Source: Macrostomum lignano
Taxonomy: Eukaryota
Direction: 5' to 3'
Length of the DNA stretch: 64,000 nucleotides
Assembly: GCA_002269645.1 (NCBI GenBank)
Contig: NIVC01000037.1
Span: forward strand, 372,001 to 436,000
In this document: one piece after another, positions 30,401-43,033 of the stretch
How positions within the stretch are numbered: position 1 is the stretch's first letter
Layout of the letters: each line of letters starts with the position of its first letter
Position numbers and translations under genes: made by a program
Notes under the pieces: generated by a model
The model's input: only the letters and a program-made list of their open reading frames with translations
Databases searched by the model: none
Told to the model about the DNA's origin: nothing

Positions 30401-33400
30401 AAGTTCAACGCAAAGGCATCTAGAATAACAAAGCAGTGATGAGTTGGGCCTGAGTATTCAAATATATGACATCTCTATGCTTATCAATTAGTTTGATGAA
30501 ATATCCTATATACGATTGAGAATCGATCGCATGACCCAATGATCCAGTCGAGTTGTGTCTTTCCTGCTCATAGTTCGCTGCGGGAAGTAAAATGGCAGCA
30601 GCATGACAGAACAGCTAAGAGGATGCAGATACATTTCAACCAAGGACTTCCGGGCTGGAAAAAAAAACTAGTTGACGATCGGTTTTTGCTACAGAATGCA
30701 TTAGCAAGATAGGATATAACTACCATTTTTGCCTCTTTCGTTACTTCCAAGCGTCAATTGAAGCTAGTGTGTGCTTGATATACGAGTAATACATGTATAC
30801 ATGTGCTTCCCACAGACCAGACTGGCTCGACGTGTCACCTGACTGCGTCCACAAGGAGCTGCGGCGTCGCTGCGGACTTGCCGTTCGGCTGTACAATGCC
30901 GAGACTCAACCTCTGACAGAGGCGCACGAGGGGCGACTCCAGCTGGTAGGCCATAGCATCCGCGCCGAGTCGCACGGACCACGTTGATGCGCTTCAGGCA
31001 TCAACATTAGCATAAGCATTCGACACACTATTGAGCCGACCCGTATCATGAACCAACTAAAAGTACATTTGATTTCGTTGAAGTTCCGGTCGCTAAGAAT
31101 TGCAAAAATTGCAAATTGCAAAAAGATAAAACAGAGAATTCAACTGTCGGATCGCTTAATCAGCTGAGCCATACAGTACGTTACATTTATAAACTTACGC
31201 TCGTATTGCTATCTATACGCGTACATTCTGGCAATAAATAAACGAGTTTAATTCTTGCCACCTTTCCGATTTAAAACAAGAGAAAATATTTAGACGATGG
31301 ATACAAGATTCGACTTGAGCCGACAGTACATCCGCAGTCAACGAGGTACACTTTGTGCCTTGGAGTTTTGCCCTCGTGGACGAGAATTGCGCAGATTGAT
31401 TTGGTCAAGCGCAGAATTAAACCTATGGACTTTAACAGAAGAGTCAAACGTGCTACCGCTCCGACACTCAGATCTACCCGAGAATAAATGTCGAGGTAAA
31501 AGGGCAAGTGTCAACATGATCGACACTATAGATGGACTCACAAGTTGAATCTAATTAATCGTGTCGCATGGCACAGGACTCGCCAGCTGGTGGTGCACTG
31601 ACAGTGTCAACAAAAAACAAGCAACAAACAGCATGCTAGCGCAAACGCATAACCCAGAATCCGTAATGAATTCTTATTGCGGTATCGGTCAAGAGGACTC
31701 AGTTTTTGAGCAGCAATAAATCACCATCACCAGCCAGTTCGCTGAGTGGGACAGAGAGTGATCCGGGACCGGACCAGCATAGTCGCCAATGCATAATTCA
31801 TTCTAAGCTGCGCACAATGGCCTGCTCCAATCCAGAAAACCAAGTGGGAGCGCACACACAACACTGTAAAGTTAACCTATAACGAAAGCATAAGACGCCT
31901 GCATATAAAAATTGTCTGTCGAAATATAGCCTCAAAAATCGCCTTTAGCATCTACTCAGAACACACTGAATATCATTCTGAGTCAATTGAGCACTCAATT
32001 CAGGATCATAAATTATTAAAGACATTTCTTACTCTCAATGAAAGCAACATATTGCTGCAAATGGTTTCATTTTTTAAGACGCATCGATGGACCAGCCCCC
32101 CTCCCCTGGGGAGTCTCGAGATGCGTCTGGGTACATCGACTCAGCTTTTAAACACGAAATTAGTCGCTCTGTGGGAATCCACTGCTCTCAATTGCTTCAT
32201 CTCCGTCCCCTCCCATTCCCATCACCTCCTTTCTTCCATCTCCATCTCCCTTCATCATCCATCTGCATCTCCCTTCATCATCCATCTGCATCTCCCTTCA
32301 TCATCCATCTACATCTCCCTTCATCATCCATCTGCATCTCCCTTCATCATCCATCTGCATCTCCCTTCATCATCCATCTACATCTCCCTTCATCATCCAT
32401 CTACATCTCCCTTCATCATCCATCTGCATCTCCCTTCATCATCCATCTGCATCTCTCTTCATCATCCATCTGCATCTCTCTTCATCATCCATCTGCATCT
32501 CCCTTCATCATCCATCTACATCTCCCTTCATCATCCATCTGCATCTCTCTTCATCATCCATCTGCATCTCTCTTCATCATCCATCTGCATCTCCCTTCAT
32601 CATCCATCTACATCTCCCTTCATCATCCATCTGCATCTCTCTTCATCATCCATCTGCATCTCTCTTCATCATCCATCTGCATCTCCCTTCATCATCCATC
32701 TACATCTCCCTTCATCATCCATCTACATCTCCCTTCATCATCCATCTGCATCTCTCTTCATCATCCATCTGCATCTCTCTTCATCATCCATCTGCATCTC
32801 TCTTCATCATCCATCTGCATCTCTCTTCATCATCCATCTGCATCTCCCTTCATTATCCATCTGCATCTCCCTTCATCATCCATCTGCATCTCCCTTCATC
32901 ATCCATCTGCATCTCCCTTCATCATCCATCTACATCTATTTTCACCATTCATCTACATCTCTCTTCACCATCCATCTGCATCTCCCTTCATCATCCATCT
33001 ACATCTCCCTTCATCCTCAATCAAGCCTTATCTTCCAAGGTCCCGGGCTCGAACCTGCATGGCAGCAGCGGACTGAGTCATGAGCGCCAGAACGGATAGC
33101 AGGCCCAGGGTGATGCGAGCTGGCACGGCTCTGTAGTCAATCCAGAAGGAGATCCAGGAGATGGCGACAATCAGAATAGACGGCAGGTATGTGTAGATCA
33201 GATAGAAGCCAAACTTCCGTACCAGGCAGAATTCCACAAACAGGCAGGTGAAGGCGCCGGTGGCGTTGTAGGCTTTGAGACAGCTGCCAACTCGAACTGA
33301 GGGCAGTTCGAATTCGTTTAGCATCATCTGACGGTTCAGCTTCACCGAGGGACCCTGGCGCATCCAGATGAATTGCAGATCTCTGACTGAGAACCCGTAG

Positions 33401-35330
33401 CTGCCAATCTCCAGCGGGCAGAGCTGGGTGTCCATTGGGAAGTTCCACAGCTGGTTGAGGGAGGGGGGGGGGTAAACGTTGACTCAGAATAAGTTTCTTT
33501 TTCTGCAACGATCGCGGTCAATCTGCGGTTTGGTCTCCGCATTTATATACTCGTAAGCATTCTATTCACGAAGGTCTCATGAGAATAAAAACTTTTTCAC
33601 AAAAGAGAAACTGATGAATTTTCCATAGATTGAAGTCTGAGAGTGTGTTTACTGTTAAAGATAGGATTTTATTGGTATTAGTTATTGAGGCTTGAGCTGC
33701 TAGATGGTTTACGGGGAATTGAGTAAAGTAGAGCAAACTGTAATGGGATGGCAAGATACTGGAGTAAACTGTAATAGGATGGGAGATACTGGAGTAAACT
33801 GTGAAGAGATAGGGAGATACTGGAGTAAGCTGTTAAGGGAGACAAAATATAAACAAGACAATATTGCAGTGCAAAGTGAAAAAGGGTGGACAATGAACTG
33901 AGACTAATTTAGAGGGCAAACAATGAAATCGAAAGTAAGTCATGCCAAGATTTGAACATAGCTGTCAAGAAGGGAAAAGATTTTAACATACTTTGCGGAA
34001 TCATAAAGTTTTATGCTACCAGGCGACTTAAAGGCAGCCATTCTCAATTCAGGTCAAATCAGACCGTTTGCAATCTCACCTGCATCGGGCAGGCCAGTCT
34101 GATTGTTAGCTTCTGAGAGAACGTAATTAAGCCGTCGGGCCGCAGCCAAATCAGGTAATTTGGGGTCGTGATTACGTGCAAAAAGCCGTGCTTGGCGTTG
34201 CGAAAGAATAAATCCGGTATCCAGATCTTTTCCTTGAGGTAGCTGAGGCTCAGGCTGTGGTTGTAGCCAACAAACTGCAGTCTGGGGTCGCGCCACTTCT
34301 GGCGCAGCAGAATGTCAATGCTGTAGTCCATGTCGATGACGTTGATGCTGCCGAAGCTCTGCACGAACATGTTGATCTCGACTATTGTGGCCGCGCCTGA
34401 GTAGCCCGGCCTGTGGGTATGACAGGGTTTAGCGCTGCCTAGTAACCTTCGGGTTAGTAACCTTCTGGTTATAGTAAGTAACCTTCTGGCTACTACTCGT
34501 AACCTTGTTGGTAACCTTTCGGTTGGTAACCTCCTGGTTAATAACCTTCTGGTTGATAGCCTTCGAATTTGTAACCTTCCATGCAGTTAGTAACCTTCCG
34601 GTGAATAGCCTTCCGGTTGGTAACCCTCTTGTTGGTAACCTTCTGGTTAGTAACCTTCCGGTTGGTAACCTTTCGGTTGTTAACCTTCTGGTTGATAACC
34701 TTACGGTTGGTAACCTTCTGGTTAGTAACCTTCCGGTTGGTAGCGTCATTACTGCGAGGCCATGTCCTCTTGTCCTCTTAAGCTAATTGCCTTCTAAATT
34801 TGGAGCTAAGCTTTTCGTCAAAATATCCCGCTGATAGACGCTTAACAGGACAATGGAGCCCCACAAAAGACAATTAGCCGTTTCAAAATGAATCTACTTC
34901 AATGCATCTGTCCAAACAGATTTAGCGATCTCTATTGTCTATTCGCTTTAGACCCATGCGCAACCAGCTGCAGTCACCTGTGATGATTCTCATAGTCATC
35001 AAGCAGCCGGTGAGCAATCTCCTCAATCGTGTAGTTGGCGTGAATCCGCAACGGCGCCCTGTTCTCAGAGCGCAGTCGACGGCTACTCGAAATCACCTCC
35101 GATGGCGTTTGAGTAGCTGACGTTGGTGACGGCTGAGTTGTCGCAGCGTCCGTCGGTCGCCAGCCCGCGGCACTCCAGCTTCCTTGCTCGGCAGCTGCGT
35201 CAGTGGTAGCGTGCTGAGTAGTGATCTCGTCAGTTGTTTCGGCAACCGTTGTCGTAAAGCTTTCTTTGGAGTAGCTGGCTGTGGTGAGGCGAAGCAGCAG
35301 CTGCAAGAGCAGCACCAAATTCTGTCGCAT
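27426..35330 (-). CDS. Anion-selective Cys-loop ligand-gated ion channel subunit (GluCl/GlyR-like); complement join(27426..27932,33055..33450,34080..34410,34978..35330), 528 aa
   Basis: Signal-peptide-like N-terminus, LRQKW.D.RL, IWIPDLFF, Cys loop CPMQ|LWNFPMDTQLC, second Cys pair CLKAYNATGAFTC, M1 YLPSILIV..SW.SFW, PAR motif, LPRVSYIKAIDVW and M4 F.LFNLVYW. Splice phases 2, 0, 0 are consistent. Confidence 0.95.
28271..30225. repeat. 47/49-bp minisatellite (CTCCCAGTGCTGGTGAGACCAGTTCCACACTGTCAGAGGAGAACACA[CA]A), ~40 copies
   Basis: Highly homogeneous tandem array in the last channel intron. Confidence 0.97.
30810..30990 (+). mobile_element. Possible degenerate RTE-type LINE C-terminal fragment
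   Basis: HKELRRRCGL...QPLTE...RLQLVGHSIRAESHGP resembles the post-RT RRL.L.GH.IR motif; short and isolated. Confidence 0.35.
32235..33015. repeat. 23-bp minisatellite CCATCTGCATCTCCCTTCATCAT
   Basis: Visible; ends near the donor at 33054. Confidence 0.95.
34440..34742. repeat. 15-bp minisatellite GGTAACCTTCCGGTT
   Basis: In channel intron 1; reverse-complement relative of 35800-37050. Confidence 0.9.
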
Positions 35331-35529
35331 TTCGACCCGCAAGAGTGCAGAACAGAAACAGAAGTGAGAGCAGTGCTCAGGCAGTCTGCAGATAGCACTA
35401 AGATCTATATGCTATGCAGTTTTGTTATATTATCAACTCGCAATCTTAGCGTTGATTGGCAGTCGGGCAATCGGCTTTTGAGCATAGGGCAAATCAAGGG
35501 CCACTAGAAGTTACCGTTTTATCAGGACG

Positions 35530-35796
35530 TAACACTCGTCCAGGTCTCCCCATACTACTGGAACAATTTGTGTCCTTGAGCAAGACACTTAACTCTGCAT
35601 TGCTTCAGTTCACCCAGCTGTAAAATGGGTGCCAGCATTAGCTGGGGTAATTGAGGGTGTGTGTGGCGACCCCCCAGTCCTTGGACTGAACAGCCGTACG
35701 CAGCCTTCAAATGCGCCACGCAATAGCTGCGGCTGAGCTGTCGGTTGCACATCTGGCCCAATTGGGTCAGGTGTAATCAATTATTATTATTATTAT
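35530..35796 (+). mobile_element. CORE-SINE (MIR-core-like) with (ATT)n tail
   Basis: TGTGTCCTTGAGCAAGACACTTAACTCTGCATTGCTTCAGTTCACCCAGCTGTAAAATGGG (35569-35629) aligns colinearly with the CORE consensus TGTG.CCTTGGGCAAGTCACTTAAC.TCT..G...CTCAGTT..CTCATCTGTAAAATGGG. ATTATTATT tail at ~35780-35795; the tRNA head is degenerate. Confidence 0.75.
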
Positions 35797-35799
35797 GAA

Positions 35800-37050
35800 G
35801 GATACCAACTGAAGGCTAACAACTGAAGGCTACCAACGGATAGCCACCAACTGAAGGCTAGCAACGGATAGCTACCAACTGAAAACTACCAACCGTAAGG
35901 CTACCCAACCGGAAGGCTACCCAACCTGAAGGCTACCCAACCGGAAGGCTACCCAACCGGAAGGCTACCCAACCGGAAGGCTACCCAACCGGAAGGCTAC
36001 CCAGCCGGAAGGCTACCCAACCGGAAGGCTACCCAACCTGAAGGCTACCCAACCTGAAGGCTACCCAACCGGAAAGCTACCCAACCGGAAGGCTACCCAG
36101 CCGGAAGGCTACCCAGCCGGAAGGCTACCCAGCCGGAAGGCTACCCAACCGGAAGGCTACCCAACCGGAAGGCTACCCAACCGGAAGGCTACCCAACCGG
36201 AAGAGTACCCAACCGGAAGGCTACCCAACCGGAAGGCTACCCAACCGGAAAGCTACCCAACCGGAAGGCTACCCAGCCGGAAGGCTACCCAACCGGAAGG
36301 CTACCCAACCGGAAGGCTACCCAACCGGAAGGCTACCCAACCGGAAGGCTACCCAACCGGAAGGCTACCCAACCGGAAGGCTACCCAACCGGAAGGCTAC
36401 CCAACCGGAAGGCTACCCAACCGGAAGGCTACCCAACCGGAAGGCTACCCAACCGGAAGGCTACCCAACCGGAAGGCTACCCAACCGGAAGGCTACCCAA
36501 CCGGAAGGCTACCGAACCGGAAGGCTACCCAACCGGAAGGCTACCCAACCGGAAGGCTACCCAACCGGAAGGCTACCCAACCAGAAGGCTACCAACAGAT
36601 AGCTACCAACTGAAAACTACCAACCGGAAGACTAACCAACCAGAAGGCTACCCAACCGGAAGGCTACCCAACCGGAAGGCTACCCAACCAGAAGGCTACC
36701 AACAGATAGCTAGAATACCAACTGAAAACTACCAACCAGAAGACTAACCAACCAGAAGGCTACCCAACCGGAAGGCTACCCAACCGGAAGGCTACCCAAC
36801 CAGAAGGCTACCAACAGATAGCTAGAATACCAACTGAAAACTACCAACCAGAAGACTAACCAACCAGAAGGCTACCCAACCGGAAGGCTACCCAACCGGA
36901 AGACTACCCAACCGGAAGGCTACCCAACCGGAAGGCTACCCAACCGGAAGGCTACCCAACTGGAAGGCTACCCAACCGGAAGGCCACCCAACCGGAAGGC
37001 CACCCAACCGGAAGGCTACCCAACCGGAAGGCTACCCAACCGAAAGGCTA
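35800..37050. repeat. 16-bp minisatellite AACCGGAAGGCTACCC
   Basis: Visible, upstream of the channel start codon. Confidence 0.96.
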
Positions 37051-37074
37051 CGCACTCTCGTTCAGTGATTTATG

Positions 37075-37445
37075 TATAAGATATTCTATGGGTTTGAGGT
37101 CGGTATGTGATTATCGACATACGGCTCTCGGGATTTAAGTGAAATACCGACCGAAAAACCCATAGAATATCTTATTTAAACTACTTTAATTTTGCGGGAT
37201 GTATTCAGATAAATCCCGGAGCCATACTTGTATGTCTATGGTTGAAGTTGGGGATGGGGGTGTGGGGGCGAAGCCCCTGCTGGGGGTGTGGGGGCGAAGC
37301 CCCCACATTCTTACCATAGACAAATTTTCATTAAGAAATTTCTCGAGTCACGAAGGAAGAGAAGAGAGAAGCTCGCATATTTAGATACATTCAATAATCC
37401 TTGCAATATGTCTGGGAAAGTGATCGATTAAATCCCGCAAAATAA
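37075..37445. mobile_element. Palindrome-rich MITE-like element
   Basis: A perfect 19-bp inverted repeat (37077-37095 / 37156-37174) with an inner 9-bp pair, GTCTATGG/CCATAGAC motifs and GGGGCGAAGCCCC hairpins. Confidence 0.45.
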
Positions 37446-38227
37446 AATCTATGTCAATAACCTCCCTGAAAGTGAGCTTTAAAGTGGTTTAAAGTATTAT
37501 TGATGATGAACAAATCCGATGAATATGAAGAATATTATTTTAATATCAATATTGTATTTGACTAAAATAGTTAGGAAACGGTGGAGAGAAAGGGAGATTC
37601 AATACAAACTTGAATATTAGAAAAGTTTAGATAGTAAATAAAGTTCAGCAGCATCAACACAAGGGTGGCAGTGCTAGTTATTACATGTCTGTCTACGCTA
37701 GCACAGGCGCATTGCTCATGGCATGGGGAACATCAAACACAAAATTGCGTTAGAAAAAGCATCATATCGTTTTCGTTGTAAAATGCGTTAACACAGCATG
37801 CATACAAATAAAAAATCTAAAAGGCTATCATAGTAATTGTAGGCTCTGTAAAAGGTCCAGTCGAAGTTAATGCAAAACAACGGAATGTGGAGAAGCTAAA
37901 TCCTATTCTACTACTTAATAGTAATAACTTAATAGAAAGTTTGAGTAATTATTCAACTGCCTAATGTATACCGGTACATAAGGCCTGGTAAGAGTTTTAG
38001 GAAAGTAAAAAAAATTGCACAACAGACATTTTCAACTGAAGATGTCACAGATAAATCCGCTCGTACCGCGGCACTGCCCGACAGACAAGCGGTGTTGATG
38101 CAGAGCGAACATTTCTTATGAAAGGACATTCTCTACTTTTGGAATCTGGTTAGAGAAACTTATCTAACTGGAAGTATTATTAATTACAGCTGGCTCACTT
38201 TGACAACACCGCATGTGCTATCAGGGA

Positions 38228-39308
38228 GGGAGGGACAGACAGGGTTCTATCACCCACAGTAGGGACAGGCAGGGTTCTATCACCCACAGTAGGGACAGGC
38301 AGGGTTCTATCACCCACAGTAGGGACAGGCAGGGTTCTATCACCCACAGTAGGGACAGGCAGGGTTCTATCACCCACAGTAGGGACAGGCAGGGTTCTAT
38401 CACCCACAGTAGGGACAGGCAGGGTTCTATCACCCACAGTAGGGACAGACAGGGTTCTATCACCCACAGTAGGGACAGGCAGGGTTCTATCACCCACAGT
38501 AGGGACAGACAGGGTTCTATCACCCACAGTAGGGACATGCAGGGTTCTATCACCCACAGTAGGGACAGACAGGGTTCTATCACCCACAGTAGGGACAGGC
38601 AGGGTTCTATCACCCACAGTAGGGACAGGCAGGGTTCTATCACCCACAGTAGGGACAGGCAGGGTTCTATCACCCACAGTAGGGACAGGCAGGGTTCTAT
38701 CACCCACAGTAGGGACAGGCAGGGTTCTATCACCCACAGTAGGGACAGGCAGGGTTCTATCACCCACAGTAGGGACAGACAGGGTTCTATCACCCACAGT
38801 AGGGACAGGCAGGGTTCTATCACCCACAGTAGGGACAGACAGGGTTCTATCACCCACAGTAGGGACAGGCAGGGTTCTATCACCCACAGTAGGGACAGAC
38901 AGGGTTCTATCACCCACAGTAGGGACAGGCAGGGTTCTATCACCCACAGTAGGGACAGGCAGGGTTCTATCACCCACAGTAGGGACAGGCAGGGTTCTAT
39001 CACCCACAGTAGGGACATGCAGGGTTCTATCACCCACAGTGGGGACAGACAGGGTTCTATCACCCACAGTAGGGACAGGCAGGGTTCTATCACCCACAGT
39101 AGGGACATGCAGGGTTCTATCACCCACAGTGGGGACAGACAGGGTTCTATCACCCACAGTAGGGACAGGCAGGGTTCTATCACCCACAGTAGGGACAGGC
39201 AGGGTTCTATCACCCACAGTAGGGACATGCAGGGTTCTATCACCCACAGTGGGGACATGCAGGGTTCTATCACCCACAGTGGGGACATGCAGGGTTCTAT
39301 CACCCACA
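38228..39308. repeat. 30-bp minisatellite GGGACAGGCAGGGTTCTATCACCCACAGTA, ~36 copies
   Basis: Near-perfect tandem array. Confidence 0.97.
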
Positions 39309-39917
39309 TTGTGGACAGGGACATCACAGAGAAGCGAAATCTTCACCCTGCATATAGGATAAAAGCAGTTTAAGGTTGTGAACAAAGTCTTCAATGCAGT
39401 TCGCAGTCTTTATTGGGCATGAGAATGTTACCACCATTTCATTAGAAATTTACATGGGTCAAAAATTGAAGAAACATGCAAACAGCCATCGAAAGTAATA
39501 AGAAAATATAAAATAAGATTTGGAGTACACATTTATTACTAACAGCATTAACAAACAAAACTTGGTATATATTCGTAGCATTCTGATTAAAAAAAAGAAA
39601 ATGTCAATTTTGATTTCTTGAACGGATCATTTATATCGGTGTAAATGCTATTTATACCTACAGCCGAAATGCTTTAGGAATGTTCTTTAAACATGCATTT
39701 TCAGTTTGAGTAATATTTAACTCAACTTTTATTATCCGGTCAAGAGATCACTAAATTATCAGTGTAAAATTTCTTACGTAAAATGGAAAAAGTCTAACAA
39801 AAGTACATCAGAAAAACTTTTTTATCAAAAGGCTGAGTACATCGAAAAAAAAGTTTTCATTTCTCTTTTTCAACCCAATAAAAGTACATGAGATTCTAAG
39901 AAATCATGAGGATTCGA

Positions 39918-40890
39918 ACTTGAAGAATTAGGATAGAAGTCCTTGAAGAATTATGATAGAAGTCCTTGAAGAACTAGGATAGAAGTCCTTGAAGAACTAG
40001 GATAGAAGTCCTTGAAGAATTATGATACAAGTCCTTGAAGAACTATGATACAAGTCCTTGAAGAATTATGATACAAGTCCTTGAAGAATTAGGATAGAAG
40101 TCCTTAAAGAATTAGGATACAAGTCCTTGAAGAACTATGATACAAGTCCTTGAAGAATTATGATACAAGTCCTTGAAGAATTATGATACAAGTCCTTGAA
40201 GAATTATGATACAAGTCCTTGAAGAACTATGATACAAGTCCTTGAAGAATTATGATACAAGTCCCTGAAGAATTAGGATAGAAGTCCTTGAAGAACTAGG
40301 ATAGAAGTCCTTGAAGAATTAGGATAGAAGTCCTTGAAGAATTAGGATAGAAGTCCTTGAAGAATTAGGATAGATGTCCTTAAAGAATTAGGATAGAAGT
40401 CCTTGAAGAATTATGATAGAAGTCCTTGAAGAATTAGGATAGAAGTCCTTGAAGAATTAGGATAGAAGTCCTTAAAGAATTAGGATAGAAGTCCTTGAAG
40501 AATTATGATACAAGTCCTTAAGAATTAGGATAGAAGTCCTTGAAGAATTATGATAGAAGTCCTTGAAGAATTAGGATAGAAGTCCTTGAAGAATTATGAT
40601 AGAAGTCCTTGAAGAATTATGATAGAAGTCCTTGAAGAATTAGGATAGAAGTCCTTGAAGAATTAGGATAGAAGTCCTTGAAGAATTAGGATAGAAGTCC
40701 TTGAAGAATTAGGATAGAAGTTCTTGAAGAATTAGGATAGAAGTCCTTGAAGAATTATGATACAAGTCCTTGAAGAATTAGGATAGAAGTCCTTGAAGAA
40801 TTATGATAGAAGTTCTTGAGGAATTAGGATAGAAGTCCTTGAAGAATTAGCATAGAAGTCCTTGAAGAACTAGGATAGAAATCCTTGAAA
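39918..40890. repeat. 22/23-bp minisatellite GAAGAATTAGGATAGAAGTCCTT
   Basis: Visible; same family as 50775-51312. Confidence 0.95.
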
Positions 40891-41036
40891 GATCAAGCTT
40901 AGCTGAAATTGGGCTGATTGTCAGGCTCTTGTTGGCCTGGAATTACTAGCTAATTTAACGCCTGATCATTGCTTAGTCTACAATAACCTCATAATTCACT
41001 TTATCACATAGCTATATCGTTATGTAATGTGTCTGC

Positions 41037-41585
41037 TTAAAGACCCGTAACCCGAAGAGCAACCACAGACAGCAGCAGAAGCAAGAGGTGGCCCATCAAC
41101 AAGCCATGCTGCAGTTGCAGTCGCCCCGCCGCATTGCAATAGTCTCCTTTGCAGTAGCACATCTCTGTAGTGCTTCCAGCGCCGTACAGCATGTGACACC
41201 CGACGCCCATTGCTTTGGGAATCTCGGCGCAGTCGCGAGTGACCACAGTTGAAATGAGAGTCTCCGGAGCCCGCATGCCGACGCCCTCTCGGTCGATGTG
41301 ATACCGGTAGGAGCGGGTGACAATCTTCACGCAGCCGTCATAGTCGGCACCACCGCAGTCGGCCTGGTTGCTATCCGTGATACGAGCTTCTATTCCGCAG
41401 TAGCGCTTCAGAATCTCCGACTTGCTAGTGGTATCCAGGTTGCGCAAGTTCAACTCGAAATAGTTGTCGCAGGCTAAGCACTTTGACGCGCCGTTGCACC
41501 TGCCGCAGAGCTGCAGAAACAGCAGCAGCAGCAGCGGCATCGGAGCTTTCGACAGCCTAAATGTCGGTCTGGCAAAGGCGGGCAT
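41037..41585 (-). CDS. Ly6/uPAR three-finger (quiver/sleepless-like) GPI-anchored protein, single exon, 182 aa
   Basis: Hydrophobic signal peptide, ten mature-domain Cys (CLAC...C...C...CVK...RDC...C...CYCKGDYCN), small residues after CN and a hydrophobic C-terminal GPI signal. Confidence 0.9.
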   Translation of the reverse strand: MPAFARPTFRLSKAPMPLLLLLFLQLCGRCNGASKCLACDNYFELNLRNLDTTSKSEILKRYCGIEARITDSNQADCGGADYDGCVKIVTRSYRYHIDREGVGMRAPETLISTVVTRDCAEIPKAMGVGCHMLYGAGSTTEMCYCKGDYCNAAGRLQLQHGLLMGHLLLLLLSVVALRVTGL

Positions 41586-42493
41586 AGCTGCAAAATTGAC
41601 AAAAATTCAAGGATTTAATCAAGCTAAAAGCCTATGATTGAATTCCTACCGACCACAGTACCAAACAGGACTGAATTTTCCCTTTTTCCCTTGTCAATAT
41701 CACTCATCAATAGCCTGCAGAAGTTCGAGAAGCCAAATATATTGGGATGAGAGGGAAGATATACACAGAAAAATATAAAAGGATGGGGTACCAAGGCTTC
41801 TATGGTGGCGAGACAGACATGGTCGGTGCCAGACCATCAACGCTGCATCCTTCACTCGACCATTTTCTCCAACCTCCAACCCATTGATTCTTCCCTCACT
41901 CTCCGTGCCTGTTTGGTTTGCTAGCGGCAAAAGCAAATCCTGCCTCCTTTCTATCCCCAACTTCTTCCCGAGAAAATCCTTTCCAACGGCGATTGCGTCT
42001 GAATCCATTCACAGACTTCTGCACCTTTGCCCATAAATGCCGGACCCATGCGGTGCAGGCGCCTCTGGCAGACGGAGGATAGCTAGTACCTGCAGCCAGC
42101 AACGGGGCGCTGCAAACCGGGGGTTCAAAGGCTACGCAAGAAGTAAGAAAATAAAAAGATTAGTCGACGTTAATCTCCTGTCCCATCGGTAAAGTGTTTA
42201 TAGTGTTTTTCCTAGTTGAACCTGCGGCGCTTTCATGCAAGCCAATATGGCCAGCTACGTTGCTATAGCAACAAAGCTTTTTATTGCCGGTAAGCAACGC
42301 ATAGTTTTTGTTTAACTTTGAGAATGATAAAGCCCCAACATGAACTCTGATGTACACAAGTGGCATCTAATCAAAACATTCTGATTCCAGTTGCGTGTCA
42401 CACGCTTCTACAGTCGGTCATAGTCAGCGCGTCTGATCCGGAAGAGTCGTGTCAAAGTGAGCACCAGCCACTCGTTTGATTGACCCGGGGGGA

Positions 42494-42525
42494 CACTGTG
42501 TGAGCGTGTGTATGAGTGCGTGCCT
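42494..42525 (+). mobile_element. Short 3' block of the SINE-like family
   Basis: ACACTGTGTGAGCGTGTGTATGAGTGCGTGCCTG. Confidence 0.45.
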
Positions 42526-43033
42526 GAATCTGAATGCAACTTGAGCTCGGGTGGTTTATGGCGTGGAAGTTTTATGGACTACGACTATATAAGGCTAGAT
42601 TAGAGGGGCGCTAGTCAGTCAGGCGATGTACATCTTTTATGGTCCTAAATCTACGATGAATGCCTACAACCACGAAGATCGGAATTGTGTATGGCTGTTT
42701 GTGCATTATGCCCGCTACTCTTATTCCAATGTCACTAATCTGAACAGTTTGATAATGGAGCTAGTCGCGGGCAACCGAAGAGGCCCTCAATTGTCTGTGC
42801 GCTTGTGTCACTGCCACGTTTGCGCGCTTCTGCTTGTGAGCGCCTATGCCAAATATTGTAAAAAACACGCAAACATCCGCGCTAATGTCATGCGCGCCTA
42901 TTCAGCCCTCAAGAGTCACTGTAGGGTTGTGTAGCGATGTCGCCAAAGACGTCGCGCCAGTGTGCTCCCTGTCCCTAACTAGGTAAAGTATTTCAAATAA
43001 ACTGTTTTCTAACTCGACACCGCACGCACACAG

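Noticed and set aside
32052-33083. His/Ser-rich 330-340-aa ORFs
   Set aside because: 23-bp minisatellite in a channel intron.
38195-39394. 360-400-aa repetitive ORFs on both strands
   Set aside because: A 30-bp perfect array is open in several frames at once, with no unique coding flanks or splice context.
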